Shown: positions 40,645-49,890 of the stretch, piece by piece
Layout of the letters: each line of letters begins with the position of its first letter
Numbering within the stretch: the stretch's first letter is position 1
Assembly (NCBI GenBank): GCA_035515515.1
Contig: DATJBC010000108.1
Coordinates: 1-63,732, forward strand
DNA length: 63,732 bases
Reading direction: 5' to 3'
Origin: Acidimicrobiales bacterium
Lineage (GTDB): Bacteria > Actinomycetota > Acidimicrobiia > Acidimicrobiales > UBA8190
Program-made: the position numbers and the translations under genes
Notes under the pieces: generated by a model
Told to the model about the DNA's origin: nothing
Seen by the model: only the letters and a program-made list of their open reading frames with translations
Databases searched by the model: none

Positions 40645-42201
40645 CTAGCGCAGCACGCCCGCGGGGTCGTGGACGGGGAGCTCGATGGTGACGAGCGTGC
40701 CCCCGTTGCTCTCCATGGAGATCGACCCCTCGAGCTGGCTGGTGACGAGGTCGCGCACGATGGACAGCCCCAGGCTGGTGGTGTCGTCGATGGTGAAGCC
40801 CGGCGGCAGGCCGCACCCGTCGTCATGCACCTGCAGCGTGAGCCGCCCGGCGTCGTTGGCCAGGGTGAGCCGGACGTGGCCGACCGTCTCCTTCGCGCCC
40901 TCCTCGGGGAGCGCGTCGCCCGACAGCGCCGGGAAGGCGTGCTCGACGGCGTTCTGCAACAGCTCGGCGAGCACCACGGCGAGCGGCGTGGCGACGTCGG
41001 CGGCGACGTCGCCGACGTCCCCGTCGACCTCGATGACGATGCGGCCGCCCGTCACCACCGAGTCCTCGGCCATCCGGACCAGCGAACCCACGATCTCGTC
41101 GAAGGGGACGTCGTCGCCGGGCTCGCGCGACAGGATCTCGTGCACCAGGGCGATCGAGCGCACCCGCCGCTCGGCCTCGCGTAGCGCCTCCTGTCCCTTG
41201 CCCGGCTCGAGGCGCCGCGCCTGGAGCCGCAAGAGCGACGAGATCGTCTGGAGGTTGTTCTTCACGCGGTGGTGCACCTCGCGGATGGCCGCGTCCTTCG
41301 AGAGCAGCAGGCGGTCCAGCCGGCGCAGGTCGGTGACGTCGCGCAGCAGCACCATGGCCCCGGTGACGGTGCCATGGTCGAGCAAGGGCGTGCACTGCAT
41401 GAGCACGATGACGTCCGGCCGCCGCTCGACCTCCTCGGTCACCGGGCACCCGTCGCGCAGCGCCCAGTCCAGGGCGGTGTCGTCGATGCCGAGGTCAGAC
41501 AGCCGCCGGCCCTCGGCGTTGTCGGTGATGTTCATGCGGTGCAGCGCGCTGATGGCGTTGGGCGAGGCGTAGCGGATGTAGCCGTCGGGGTCGACGAGGA
41601 CCAGGCCGTCACCCACCCGGGGTGCGTCCTCGATGGTGAAGTCCTCGCCCGCGAAGGGGAACTCGCCGGCCAGGACCATGTCGGCCAGGCGCGTGTAGAG
41701 GTCGCGGTAGACGCGCTCGAGGCGCCCGGCCCGGCGGTCCTCGCGCGGCGCCACGCGCACGATGACGGCGATGGGCTCGCCCCCGTGGCGGACGGGCACC
41801 GATTCGAGCTGGGCCGTCTCGGGGACGGCCGGCACCTCGCCGGTGTCGCGGACGTCGAGGTCATGGCTGGCCAGCCGGGTGAGCACGGGGACGGGGATCA
41901 CGGCGATGCCCGACACCTTGGCCCCGGTGCGCAGGGCCTCGGTGACCACGGGCCAGTCCTCGCTGTCGACCACCTGGCCCACCAGGTCGACCCGCAACAG
42001 GGTGGACCACGTGGTGGGGCGGATCTGGCCCAGCACCACGAGCTGCGCCCCGGCCGAGCCCGCCACCGGCGCCACCAGGAGCAGGTCCGAGAACGACAGG
42101 TCCGACAGCACCCCCCAGGACCCGAGCAGGCGCTGCAGGTGGTCGAGGCTGGGGGTGTCGAGCCCGGTGAGATGGGCCGCCAGCTCGCCCGGCGTCGTCA
42201 C
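40645..42201 (-). CDS. PdtaS-like sensor histidine kinase (GAF/PAS N-terminus, HisKA_2 H-box)
   Basis: GTG 42201 overlaps the upstream stop (GTGA). Contains the H-box EVHHRVKNNLQTISSLLRLQ and the ATPase blocks ELLQNAVEHAF, DDGCGLP and SLGLSIV. No TM helix is present. Confidence 0.85.
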   Translation of the reverse strand: MTTPGELAAHLTGLDTPSLDHLQRLLGSWGVLSDLSFSDLLLVAPVAGSAGAQLVVLGQIRPTTWSTLLRVDLVGQVVDSEDWPVVTEALRTGAKVSGIAVIPVPVLTRLASHDLDVRDTGEVPAVPETAQLESVPVRHGGEPIAVIVRVAPREDRRAGRLERVYRDLYTRLADMVLAGEFPFAGEDFTIEDAPRVGDGLVLVDPDGYIRYASPNAISALHRMNITDNAEGRRLSDLGIDDTALDWALRDGCPVTEEVERRPDVIVLMQCTPLLDHGTVTGAMVLLRDVTDLRRLDRLLLSKDAAIREVHHRVKNNLQTISSLLRLQARRLEPGKGQEALREAERRVRSIALVHEILSREPGDDVPFDEIVGSLVRMAEDSVVTGGRIVIEVDGDVGDVAADVATPLAVVLAELLQNAVEHAFPALSGDALPEEGAKETVGHVRLTLANDAGRLTLQVHDDGCGLPPGFTIDDTTSLGLSIVRDLVTSQLEGSISMESNGGTLVTIELPVHDPAGVLR

Positions 42202-43085
42202 GGCCGGGCCACCGGGGCGTCCACGGGGACGTCGACGGCGCGCCGGGCCCGGAAGGCGCGCAGCGTGCGCACCTCGAGGCCGTCGAGCAGCCGGTGCAGC
42301 TCGGCGGAGCGGTCCGCCACGTCGGGCAGGCCGTGGGCGTCGGACGCCGTGGTGAGCGGGACCCCCGCCGCCACCAGCCGCTCGAGGAGGCCGGCGGCGG
42401 GGTACTGCTCGGCGGCGGGCTTGCGCCACCCCGCCGAGGACAGCTCGGCGGCCATCCCCGAGGACAGCGCCGCCTCCACCAGCCGGGCCCAGCACTCCTC
42501 GGGGGCCCGGGCCCGGTGGCCGGCCGCCTTCACGAGGTCGGGATGGGCCAGCACGTCGCAGGTGCCGCTGCCGGCCAGCTCGCCGATGGCCGCGGCGTAC
42601 TCGCCCCAGGCGGCGTCGACGTCGCGCGCCGACCACTGCGCCATCGACACGGGGTCGCCGATGTCGTCGAAGCGCCACGCCCCCAGCCAGTGCACCGAGC
42701 CCAGCAGGACGTCGAAGGGGTAGCCGGCCAGCAGGGCCGCCACGTCGTCCATGCGGCCGCGGTAGTAGTCCACCTCGAGGCCGAGCACGACCGGCAGGCC
42801 GGCGTCCTTGGCGGCCAGGACGCACGACACGTAGGCATCGAGGTCGGCGCGGGCGTGGTCGTCCCAGTAGTGCGCCATCGACGCCCGCAGGGAGGGGTCG
42901 GGCTCGTCGTCCCAGAAGCCGCGCAGGAGCCGGTCCGCCTGGACGAAGCGGAAGAGGTGCTCGGTGAGGGCGATCTCGCGCACGCCGGCGGCCTCGGCCC
43001 GCTCGCAGTAGGCGGCCAGCTCCTCCACGGTGGGGGCGGTGTCGCGCTGGCCGTGCGGCCACAGGTGCAGGTGGTAATCGAGCAC
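42198..43085 (-). CDS. PHP-domain phosphoesterase (histidinol-phosphatase HisJ-like family)
   Basis: Contains (M)LDYHLHLWPHG, TEH, GLEVDY, GSVHW, AHPD and SDAH, the metal ligands typical of PHP. Confidence 0.8.
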   Translation of the reverse strand: MLDYHLHLWPHGQRDTAPTVEELAAYCERAEAAGVREIALTEHLFRFVQADRLLRGFWDDEPDPSLRASMAHYWDDHARADLDAYVSCVLAAKDAGLPVVLGLEVDYYRGRMDDVAALLAGYPFDVLLGSVHWLGAWRFDDIGDPVSMAQWSARDVDAAWGEYAAAIGELAGSGTCDVLAHPDLVKAAGHRARAPEECWARLVEAALSSGMAAELSSAGWRKPAAEQYPAAGLLERLVAAGVPLTTASDAHGLPDVADRSAELHRLLDGLEVRTLRAFRARRAVDVPVDAPVARP

Positions 43086-43110
43086 GGCCCCGCCTCCCCG
43101 CTCCCGCGGC

Positions 43111-43764
43111 CTACGACGGGGCGCCGGCGCGCCGGATCAGGGTCACCCCGTCGCGCACGGTGAGCTGCACGCACACCACCCGGGGGTCGGCGGCCACGGC
43201 GTCGTTGAAGGCGCGGATGGCGAGCGTGTCGGGCGACCGGTCGGCGTCGTCGAGGACGCGCCCGCTCCACAGGGTGTTGTCGGCGGCGATGAGGCCCCCG
43301 GGGGCGAGCTTGGGCAGGACGGCCTCGAAGTACGACAGGTAGCTGCTCTTGTCGGCATCGATGAACACGAAGTCGAAGGGCCCTCCGAGACGGTTGACGG
43401 TGTCGAGGGCGGGGCCCTCCACGATCTCGATGCGATCGGCGTAGGGGCTCGCCGCGATGTTGCGGCGCGACGCCTCCACGTGCGCGGCGCTCAGCTCGCA
43501 GGTGGTGATGCGCCCCCCCGGGGGGAGGCCGGCCGCCATGGAGAGCGCCGAGTACCCGCTGAAGGTGCCGATCTCGAGCACCCACGCCGGGCGCAGCGCG
43601 TACACGAGCATCTCCAGGAACCGGCCCTCGAGGGTCCCCACCATCATCCCGGGGAAGTCCAGGTCGGCCCGGGTGGACTCGGCCACGGCCACGAGGTGCT
43701 CCGCCGGCGGGGTGGTGTGGGCCTCGGCGTAGGACTCGAGGACCGGGTCTGCGATGTCGGTCAT
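43111..43764 (-). CDS. Class I SAM-dependent O-methyltransferase (caffeoyl-CoA OMT-like)
   Basis: Contains VLEIGTFSGYSAL, FDFVFIDADK and GGLIAADNTLW. Confidence 0.88.
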   Translation of the reverse strand: MTDIADPVLESYAEAHTTPPAEHLVAVAESTRADLDFPGMMVGTLEGRFLEMLVYALRPAWVLEIGTFSGYSALSMAAGLPPGGRITTCELSAAHVEASRRNIAASPYADRIEIVEGPALDTVNRLGGPFDFVFIDADKSSYLSYFEAVLPKLAPGGLIAADNTLWSGRVLDDADRSPDTLAIRAFNDAVAADPRVVCVQLTVRDGVTLIRRAGAPS

Positions 43765-43833
43765 GGGGCCTCCTCGACCGCATCGTACGCGCCCCCCGGC
43801 AGACCCCCGGGCCCCCCGGGGGCCCGCTGTCCC

Positions 43834-44649
43834 TCAGGAGGCGACGAGCGGCCGCACCAGCCGCATGACCCGCTCCAGCGCGTTCATGTAGGCGCGGTGG
43901 GCGGCCGGGGTGCCGTCGCGGGCCGCCACCGCATAGGTGGCGTCCAGCCACCGGTGCGCGTCGGCCGGCGTGTCGTGGGTGACGGCCTCGTGGCCGCAGT
44001 CGATGGCGCACAGCAGGTCGTAGAGCCGTCGGGCGTCGATGCGGTCGAACTCGCGCAGCAGGCTCGCCACCAGCCGGCGGCTGTCGTCGGCGGGGGCGGC
44101 CAGCGCCGTCGCCGGCGCGGCGCCGGGCCCGTCGGCCTGCTGGCGGTGCCAGCGGTCCTCGTAGCCCAGGACGAGCAGCGCCCCCACCCGTCCGAAGCGC
44201 TGGATGACCGTGGCGCGGGCCGCGGGTGACGCGTCGGGGGCGCCCAGCAGGGTGAGCGCCGCCCCCACGTCGGCCAGCACGTGCTCGGCGCGCAGCCCGA
44301 TGTGCTCGACGTCGTCGCTCGCCATGGCCTGGCGGACCATGTCGGTGACGCGCCGCAGCCGGGCGTCGGGGCGGCGCCCCGGCGACACGGGCCGGGGGCG
44401 CGCCGGCGGGGTGGGGCTGGGCAGGGGTCGCAGCACCACGTCGGCGGGCGCGGGGCCTGCGCAGGGGTGGCCCGCCCGGCACGTGAGGACGCCCTCGGCC
44501 ACCCGGTTCGCACAGGGCCGTCCCGTGGTGGTGAAGGTGAACCCGCAGCGCGCTGCGCCGCTGCCCCCGGTGTGGCGCAGCCCCCTCGGGCCCCCGTCGC
44601 CGGCGCCCGAGCGCGCCGCCGCCCCCCGCTTCCGGGGCCGGATCGTCAT
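43834..44649 (-). CDS. Hypothetical protein with an N-terminal 4-Cys motif
   Basis: ATG 44649 gives MTIRPRKRG...CGFTFTTTGRPCANRVAEGVLTCRAGHPC, then a Pro-rich linker and a helical C-terminal domain. I recognise no family. Confidence 0.45.
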   Translation of the reverse strand: MTIRPRKRGAAARSGAGDGGPRGLRHTGGSGAARCGFTFTTTGRPCANRVAEGVLTCRAGHPCAGPAPADVVLRPLPSPTPPARPRPVSPGRRPDARLRRVTDMVRQAMASDDVEHIGLRAEHVLADVGAALTLLGAPDASPAARATVIQRFGRVGALLVLGYEDRWHRQQADGPGAAPATALAAPADDSRRLVASLLREFDRIDARRLYDLLCAIDCGHEAVTHDTPADAHRWLDATYAVAARDGTPAAHRAYMNALERVMRLVRPLVAS

Positions 44650-44823
44650 GGTTGGATATCGGCCCCCCGCCGGTGGCACTGGAGCCAGGGCAGCACAAAT
44701 CTGCGGGCCCCCGTGCCATCATGGGCCGCTCGTCCAGGCCCGTTGCCGTGGGTCGGCCCGAGCAGGAGGCGTGCGGCACCGGCAGCGGCGGCCGCCGGTT
44801 CTTCCCCCCAGGAGGATGGCGCC

Positions 44824-45573
44824 ATGGGCGAGATCACCGTTCCCACAACCGAGGGCAACCTCGACGCCTACCTGTCGGTGCCGTCCGGGAGCGGCCCGGC
44901 CCCCGGCGTGGTCGTCCTCCACGAGGCCTTCGGGCTCAACGACGACATCCGCGCGCACGCGGACCACCTCGCCGGCGCGGGCTACGTGGCCCTGGCCCCC
45001 GACCTCTACACCCGGGGCGGCGCCGTGCGCTGCCTGGCGGGCACCATGCTGTCGATGTCGCGCGGGCACGGCCGCGCCTTCGACGACATCGAGGCGTCGC
45101 GCGCCTGGCTGGCGGGCCATGCGCGCTGCTCGGGCAAGGTGGGGGTCATCGGGTTCTGCATGGGCGGCGGCTTCGCCATCGCCTGCGCGCCGCGGGGCGG
45201 GTTCGACGCCGCGGCCCCCAACTACGGCATGGTGCCCAGGAACGCGGCGCGCGCCCTGGCGGGCGCGTGCCCCATCGTGGGCAGCTACGGCGGGCGGGAC
45301 TGGATGCTGCGCGGCCACGCCGCCCGCCTCGAGGACGCCCTGTCGGGCCTGGGCATCCCCCACGACGTGAAGGAGTACCCCGACGCCACCCACAGCTTCC
45401 TCAGCCACCACCAGGGCGGGGTGGCCGCGGCCATGGACAAGGTGTCGGGCATCCGCTTCTCCCCCGAGGAGGCCGGCGACGCCTGGGCCAGGATCCTCGC
45501 CTTCTTCGGCCGCCACCTGGCGGGCGCCCCGGGCCCCGGGGGGCCCGGGGCGGGGGGCGAGCCGGGGGCCTGA
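44824..45573 (+). CDS. Dienelactone hydrolase family protein
   Basis: Contains VVVLHEAFGLN, GFCMGG (nucleophile Cys elbow) and ATHSF. Confidence 0.88.
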   Translation: MGEITVPTTEGNLDAYLSVPSGSGPAPGVVVLHEAFGLNDDIRAHADHLAGAGYVALAPDLYTRGGAVRCLAGTMLSMSRGHGRAFDDIEASRAWLAGHARCSGKVGVIGFCMGGGFAIACAPRGGFDAAAPNYGMVPRNAARALAGACPIVGSYGGRDWMLRGHAARLEDALSGLGIPHDVKEYPDATHSFLSHHQGGVAAAMDKVSGIRFSPEEAGDAWARILAFFGRHLAGAPGPGGPGAGGEPGA

Positions 45574-45659
45574 GCCCGGGGCCCGTCCGGGGGCGGGTGC
45601 CCGGGGCGGCCCTGCGTGCCGGGCTAAGGCACCAGGCCGAACGGGCCGATGCAGTCCTG

Positions 45660-46901
45660 GTGATCGAATCCCGGGGCCTGCTGGACCTGGCCATGTGGCT
45701 CCCCGACCCCGTGGTCGTGGTGGACGCCGCCGCCCGCCTGGTGTGGACGAACGACGCCGCCGAGCGCATGTTCGGCGTCAACGGCGCGCAGCTGGTGGGG
45801 ACCGACGGGATCGAGTTCATCCACCCCGACGACCACGCCGTGGCGGCCGCCGCCCTGGAGAGCATCCAGGGCAAGAGCGTGGGCACGCCCATCGAGTTGC
45901 GGGTGAAGGCCCGCGACGGCTGGAAGCTCGTGGAGCTGGTGGGCGCCAACCTGCTGGACCGGGCGTCGGTGCAGGGCCTCGTGCTGTGCATGCGGGACCT
46001 CACCGAGCGCCGTCGCTGGGAGGTGGCCTCCGACGAGGTCGGGAAGTTCCGCGCGCTGGTACACAACGCCGCCAGCATCATCATGCTGCTCGACCCGGCG
46101 GGCCGCATCGAGTCGGTGTCGGCCGCCATCACCCGCGTGCTGGGCCACGACCAGGAGCTCGTCGAGGGCCGGCCGCTGGTGGAGCTGGCGGCGGGGCCCG
46201 ACCGTGGCGGGCTGGCGGCGGCGCTGGCGCGGGCCATCGACACGCCCTCGTGGAACCGCTCCCCGACCGTGGTGGAGGTCGAGCTCCTGCGCCGGGGCGG
46301 GACCGAGTCGGTTCCCTTCGAGCTGAGCATCGTCAACATGCTCGACGACCCGACCCTGGGCGGCCTCGTGGTCTCGGGCCACGACATCACCCAGCTGCGC
46401 GCCACCCGCGACGCGCTCGAGGAGATCACCACCTTCGACCCCCTCACCGGGCTCGCCAACCGCTCGCACCTGCGCGCCCACCTGGAGCAGCGCCTCGAGA
46501 ACCCGACCACGGCGGTGGTGTTCCTCGACCTGGACGGGTTCCGGCCCATCAACGACCGCTACGGCCAGGCCACCGGCGACGAGATCCTGCGGCTGCTCGC
46601 CCAGCGCCTGTCCGCCAGCATCCGGCGCGGGGACGTGGTGGGGCGCTACGGCGGCGACGAGTTCGTGGTGGTGGCGGCCATCCACGACCCCGACGAGCTC
46701 AAGCTGCTGGCCACGCGCCTGGCCGACGCCATCCAGCAGCCCATCGAGCTGCCCCAGGGGACGTTCCGGCTGAGCGCCTCGGTGGGGCTGGCCCACCCCG
46801 GCCCCGGCGACACCGCCGCCAGCCTGCTGGGTCGGGCCGACACCGCCATGTACATCGCCAAGCAGCACGCCGAGGGCGGGGGCGGCTACCCCCAGCCGTA
46901 A
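45660..46901 (+). CDS. PAS-PAS-GGDEF diguanylate cyclase
   Basis: Contains two PAS-like modules, DPLTGLANR, RYGGDEFVV (GGDEF) and RRGD five residues upstream (an RxxD I-site). The start is GTG 45660 or ATG 45693. Confidence 0.88.
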   Translation: MIESRGLLDLAMWLPDPVVVVDAAARLVWTNDAAERMFGVNGAQLVGTDGIEFIHPDDHAVAAAALESIQGKSVGTPIELRVKARDGWKLVELVGANLLDRASVQGLVLCMRDLTERRRWEVASDEVGKFRALVHNAASIIMLLDPAGRIESVSAAITRVLGHDQELVEGRPLVELAAGPDRGGLAAALARAIDTPSWNRSPTVVEVELLRRGGTESVPFELSIVNMLDDPTLGGLVVSGHDITQLRATRDALEEITTFDPLTGLANRSHLRAHLEQRLENPTTAVVFLDLDGFRPINDRYGQATGDEILRLLAQRLSASIRRGDVVGRYGGDEFVVVAAIHDPDELKLLATRLADAIQQPIELPQGTFRLSASVGLAHPGPGDTAASLLGRADTAMYIAKQHAEGGGGYPQP

Positions 46902-47045
46902 CGGTCGCCCACGGAGCCGAGGGCGCGTCGGGGGGTCCACGGCGCGGTGTCGCCGGTCCGCGCCCGGCGCGCCGCGCACCGACGGGGACCGGGGCGGCCG
47001 CGTGCCCGGGGCACGGCGCCCGACGAGGCGCCGAGCCGAGGGCGA

Positions 47046-47708
47046 TCAGCCCTCGAGATAGCGCAGAACCGCCAGCACCCGGCGATGGTCGGTCGACGTG
47101 GCCGGCAGGTTGAGCTTGGCGAAGATGTTGGCGATGTGCTTCTCCACCGCCCCCTCGGAGATGACGAGATTCGTCGCGATGGCGGAGTTGCTCCGACCCT
47201 CCGCCATCAGTCCGAGCACCTCCCGCTCCCGGCCGCTCAAGGCGGCCAGCGTGTCGGTGCGGCGCGACGCTCCCATCAACTGGGTGACCACCTCGGGGTC
47301 GAGGGCGGTGCCCCCCGACGCCACCCGCACCAGGGCTTCGACGAAGTCCGCCACGTCGGCGACCCTGTCCTTGAGCAGGTAGCCGACCTTGGCCGCTCCG
47401 CCCGACAGCAGCTCGGCTGCGTAGCGGGTCTCGACGTACTGGGAGAACACGAGGATCCCGACGTCGGGATGCTTCCGGCGCAGGGCGACAGCAGCCCGCA
47501 GACCCTCGTCGGTGAAGGTGGGAGGCATGCGGATGTCGACCACCGCCACGTCGGGGGGGTCGCTGTCCACCACCGCCTCGAGCCGCTCGGCGTCGCCGGT
47601 CGCCCCGGTGACGTCGAAGCCCCGGTCGGTGAGGAGCTGCACCAACCCGTCGCGCAGGATGGCGGAGTCCTCCGCGATCACGACGGTGATGGCGTCCGCG
47701 CCGGACAT
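47046..47708 (-). CDS. NarL/FixJ (LuxR-type HTH) response regulator
   Basis: Contains VVIAEDS, VAVVDIRMPP and GYLLKD, plus the HTH LSGREREVLGLMAEGRSNSAIA. Confidence 0.92.
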   Translation of the reverse strand: MSGADAITVVIAEDSAILRDGLVQLLTDRGFDVTGATGDAERLEAVVDSDPPDVAVVDIRMPPTFTDEGLRAAVALRRKHPDVGILVFSQYVETRYAAELLSGGAAKVGYLLKDRVADVADFVEALVRVASGGTALDPEVVTQLMGASRRTDTLAALSGREREVLGLMAEGRSNSAIATNLVISEGAVEKHIANIFAKLNLPATSTDHRRVLAVLRYLEG

Positions 47709-47710
47709 GC

Positions 47711-49087
47711 TCAGGAGTGGGCGGGGAGGTCGATCGTGACGGCCGTCGGCCCGCCCACGGGGCTGGCGATGCTCAGGTGGCCGTCGACGGCGCTGATCCG
47801 GTCGGCGAGGCCGGCCAGGCCGCTCGACGACGAGCCGCCGCTGCTGACCGCGGCACCGCCCCGTCCGTTGTCGCGCACCACGATCCGGAGCCAGGGGCCG
47901 TGCTGGGCACAGCTGAGCGACGCCCTGGTCGCCTGGGCGTGCTGAGCGACGTTGGCGAGCAGCTCCGCAGCGCAGAAGTAGCAGATGGCCTCGACGGCCG
48001 GGGAGGGCCGCACCTGGATCGACACCGTCACCTCGGTGGGCACGGGGCTGCGGGCCGCCAGCGTGGCCAGGGCGTTCTCCAGGCCGGTGTCCAGCGCGGG
48101 GGGGTGGATGCCCCGCGCCAGGTCGCGCAGGTCGGTGATGGCCTCTTTGGCCCCCCGGTGCGCTTCGTCCACCAGGCGCCGGACGGCGGCCATGTCCTGG
48201 CTGTCGTCCTGCACGCCGATCTGGGCGAGCTTCTCGTGGGCCTGGCCGAGGCGCATGGCCAGCGCGACGAGCTGGGCCTGGGTGCCGTCGTGCAGGTTGC
48301 GCTCGATGCGCCGGAGCGTCTCGGTGGCGACGTCGAGCGTCCGGGAGCGCGACGCCTCGAGGACCCGCACCCGCGACGTGGCGGCGTCGGGGCCGAGCAG
48401 GAGGTGCATCAGCTGCCGGTCGAGGTAGACGACCAGCCGCATCGTCCACGGGGCGACGAAGAGCAGCACCACCCCCGTCACGAACACCCCGACGTGGGTG
48501 TCGAACCCCGACCCCGGCGGGGCGCCGCGGCCGGGGGCGACGAGCCGGCCGTAGAGCCCGAATCCCCCCAGCCCGACGTGGCGGGTCACGGGGAAGGCCA
48601 GGTCGCAGAGCGCCTCGAGCCAGACGCTGAGCGCGAACCACACGCCGAAGACCGTGAGCGGGCCCTTGGCCACGAGGTAGCCCACCGTGCGCCACGCCGC
48701 CCGGTCGCCGAGAGCGGCGCGCAGCCACCCGAACAGCCCGGGCCTGGGGTGGAACGGCTCGGGGTCGGGGATCTCGTCGCCGAGCATCCGCCACGCCAGG
48801 GCCCGCTGCCAGCGGCCGAGCCCCCGGGCCGCCCGCAGGCCGCCGGCCAGCAGGACCACGCCGACGAAGGCGATGGTGAGGGCCAGCCCGACGATGCCGA
48901 GGGCTCCGACGACGAGCACCCCCGCGCCCATGAGCGTGGAGCTCACGAGGAAGAACCCGAGCTCCGCCCAGCTGCGCCTCTGGAACGGCTCCCGGCTGAT
49001 CAACCGGGCCAGGCGCTGGGCCTGGAGGCTCCAGTCCTGGGGGATCCGAACGCGCACCGAGCCCTCCCCGGCGCCGGCCTGGTTCAA
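47711..49087 (-). CDS. Membrane sensor histidine kinase (HisKA_3/NarX-DesK type)
   Basis: TTG 49087 overlaps the upstream stop (TTGA). Contains multiple TM helices, the H-box RIERNLHDGTQAQL and the ATPase domain. Confidence 0.88.
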   Translation of the reverse strand: MNQAGAGEGSVRVRIPQDWSLQAQRLARLISREPFQRRSWAELGFFLVSSTLMGAGVLVVGALGIVGLALTIAFVGVVLLAGGLRAARGLGRWQRALAWRMLGDEIPDPEPFHPRPGLFGWLRAALGDRAAWRTVGYLVAKGPLTVFGVWFALSVWLEALCDLAFPVTRHVGLGGFGLYGRLVAPGRGAPPGSGFDTHVGVFVTGVVLLFVAPWTMRLVVYLDRQLMHLLLGPDAATSRVRVLEASRSRTLDVATETLRRIERNLHDGTQAQLVALAMRLGQAHEKLAQIGVQDDSQDMAAVRRLVDEAHRGAKEAITDLRDLARGIHPPALDTGLENALATLAARSPVPTEVTVSIQVRPSPAVEAICYFCAAELLANVAQHAQATRASLSCAQHGPWLRIVVRDNGRGGAAVSSGGSSSSGLAGLADRISAVDGHLSIASPVGGPTAVTIDLPAHS

Positions 49088-49890
49088 GCGTCTCGCTTCA
49101 CGAAGAGCACGGCGCCGACACCGAGGGAGATGGCGGCGTAGACGGCCATGAGCAGCAATCCTACGCCCGCGGAGACCGGTTGGAACGGCCCTCCCTGTCC
49201 CTGGCCGACGGTGGCCATGACGGAATTGACCAGCATGTTGGGCGGCAGGTACTTGACCGCTTGTTCCGAGATGCCGTGCATCACGAGCGGGAGCACGAAC
49301 ACGACACCCGCGAACGCGGCGATCGCTCCGGCGGTGCTGCGGAAGATGAGCCCGAACCCGAATGACATGAGGGCCATGAGGGCGATGAACACGCCCGTCA
49401 TGAGCACGGCCCGCAGGGCTCCCGGCGACCCCACGTTCGCCGCGGGTATCGCGCGTCCGGAGAGGATGGACTCGCCGAGGAAGAACGATGCGAAGCTCAA
49501 CAGCTCGCAGAAAACCACCGTCGCCGCCGCGGTGACCGAGACCTTGGCCGCCAGCAGGAGGGGCCGGTTGGGGGTGGCCGACAGCGTCGCCCGGATCGTG
49601 CCGCTCGAGTACTCGCCCGTGATGAGCAGGGCTCCGAACACGCCTCCGGTCAACGCCACGACGATGAGGCCGGTGAGGGCCTCCTGGGTGGCGTCGAACC
49701 CGGTGCCGCCGTGGTACATGACGTTGTGGCTGACCAAGGCGGTCACGAGCAACCCGGCGACGACCGTGACCCCCAGCGTGATGGCCGTCGAGGGCAGGGT
49801 GGCGATCTTGGCGAATTCGGATCGGAGCACGTGGTTGAAGCGGTAGTGCCCGAGCGGGGCGGTTTCGACGGTCTGCGACATCTCGGTCAC
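49084..49890 (-). CDS. ABC-2 type transporter permease
   Basis: 268 aa with six predicted TM helices, including EYSSGTIRATL typical of ABC-2 permeases. Overlaps the ATPase stop. Confidence 0.85.
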   Translation of the reverse strand: MTEMSQTVETAPLGHYRFNHVLRSEFAKIATLPSTAITLGVTVVAGLLVTALVSHNVMYHGGTGFDATQEALTGLIVVALTGGVFGALLITGEYSSGTIRATLSATPNRPLLLAAKVSVTAAATVVFCELLSFASFFLGESILSGRAIPAANVGSPGALRAVLMTGVFIALMALMSFGFGLIFRSTAGAIAAFAGVVFVLPLVMHGISEQAVKYLPPNMLVNSVMATVGQGQGGPFQPVSAGVGLLLMAVYAAISLGVGAVLFVKRDA

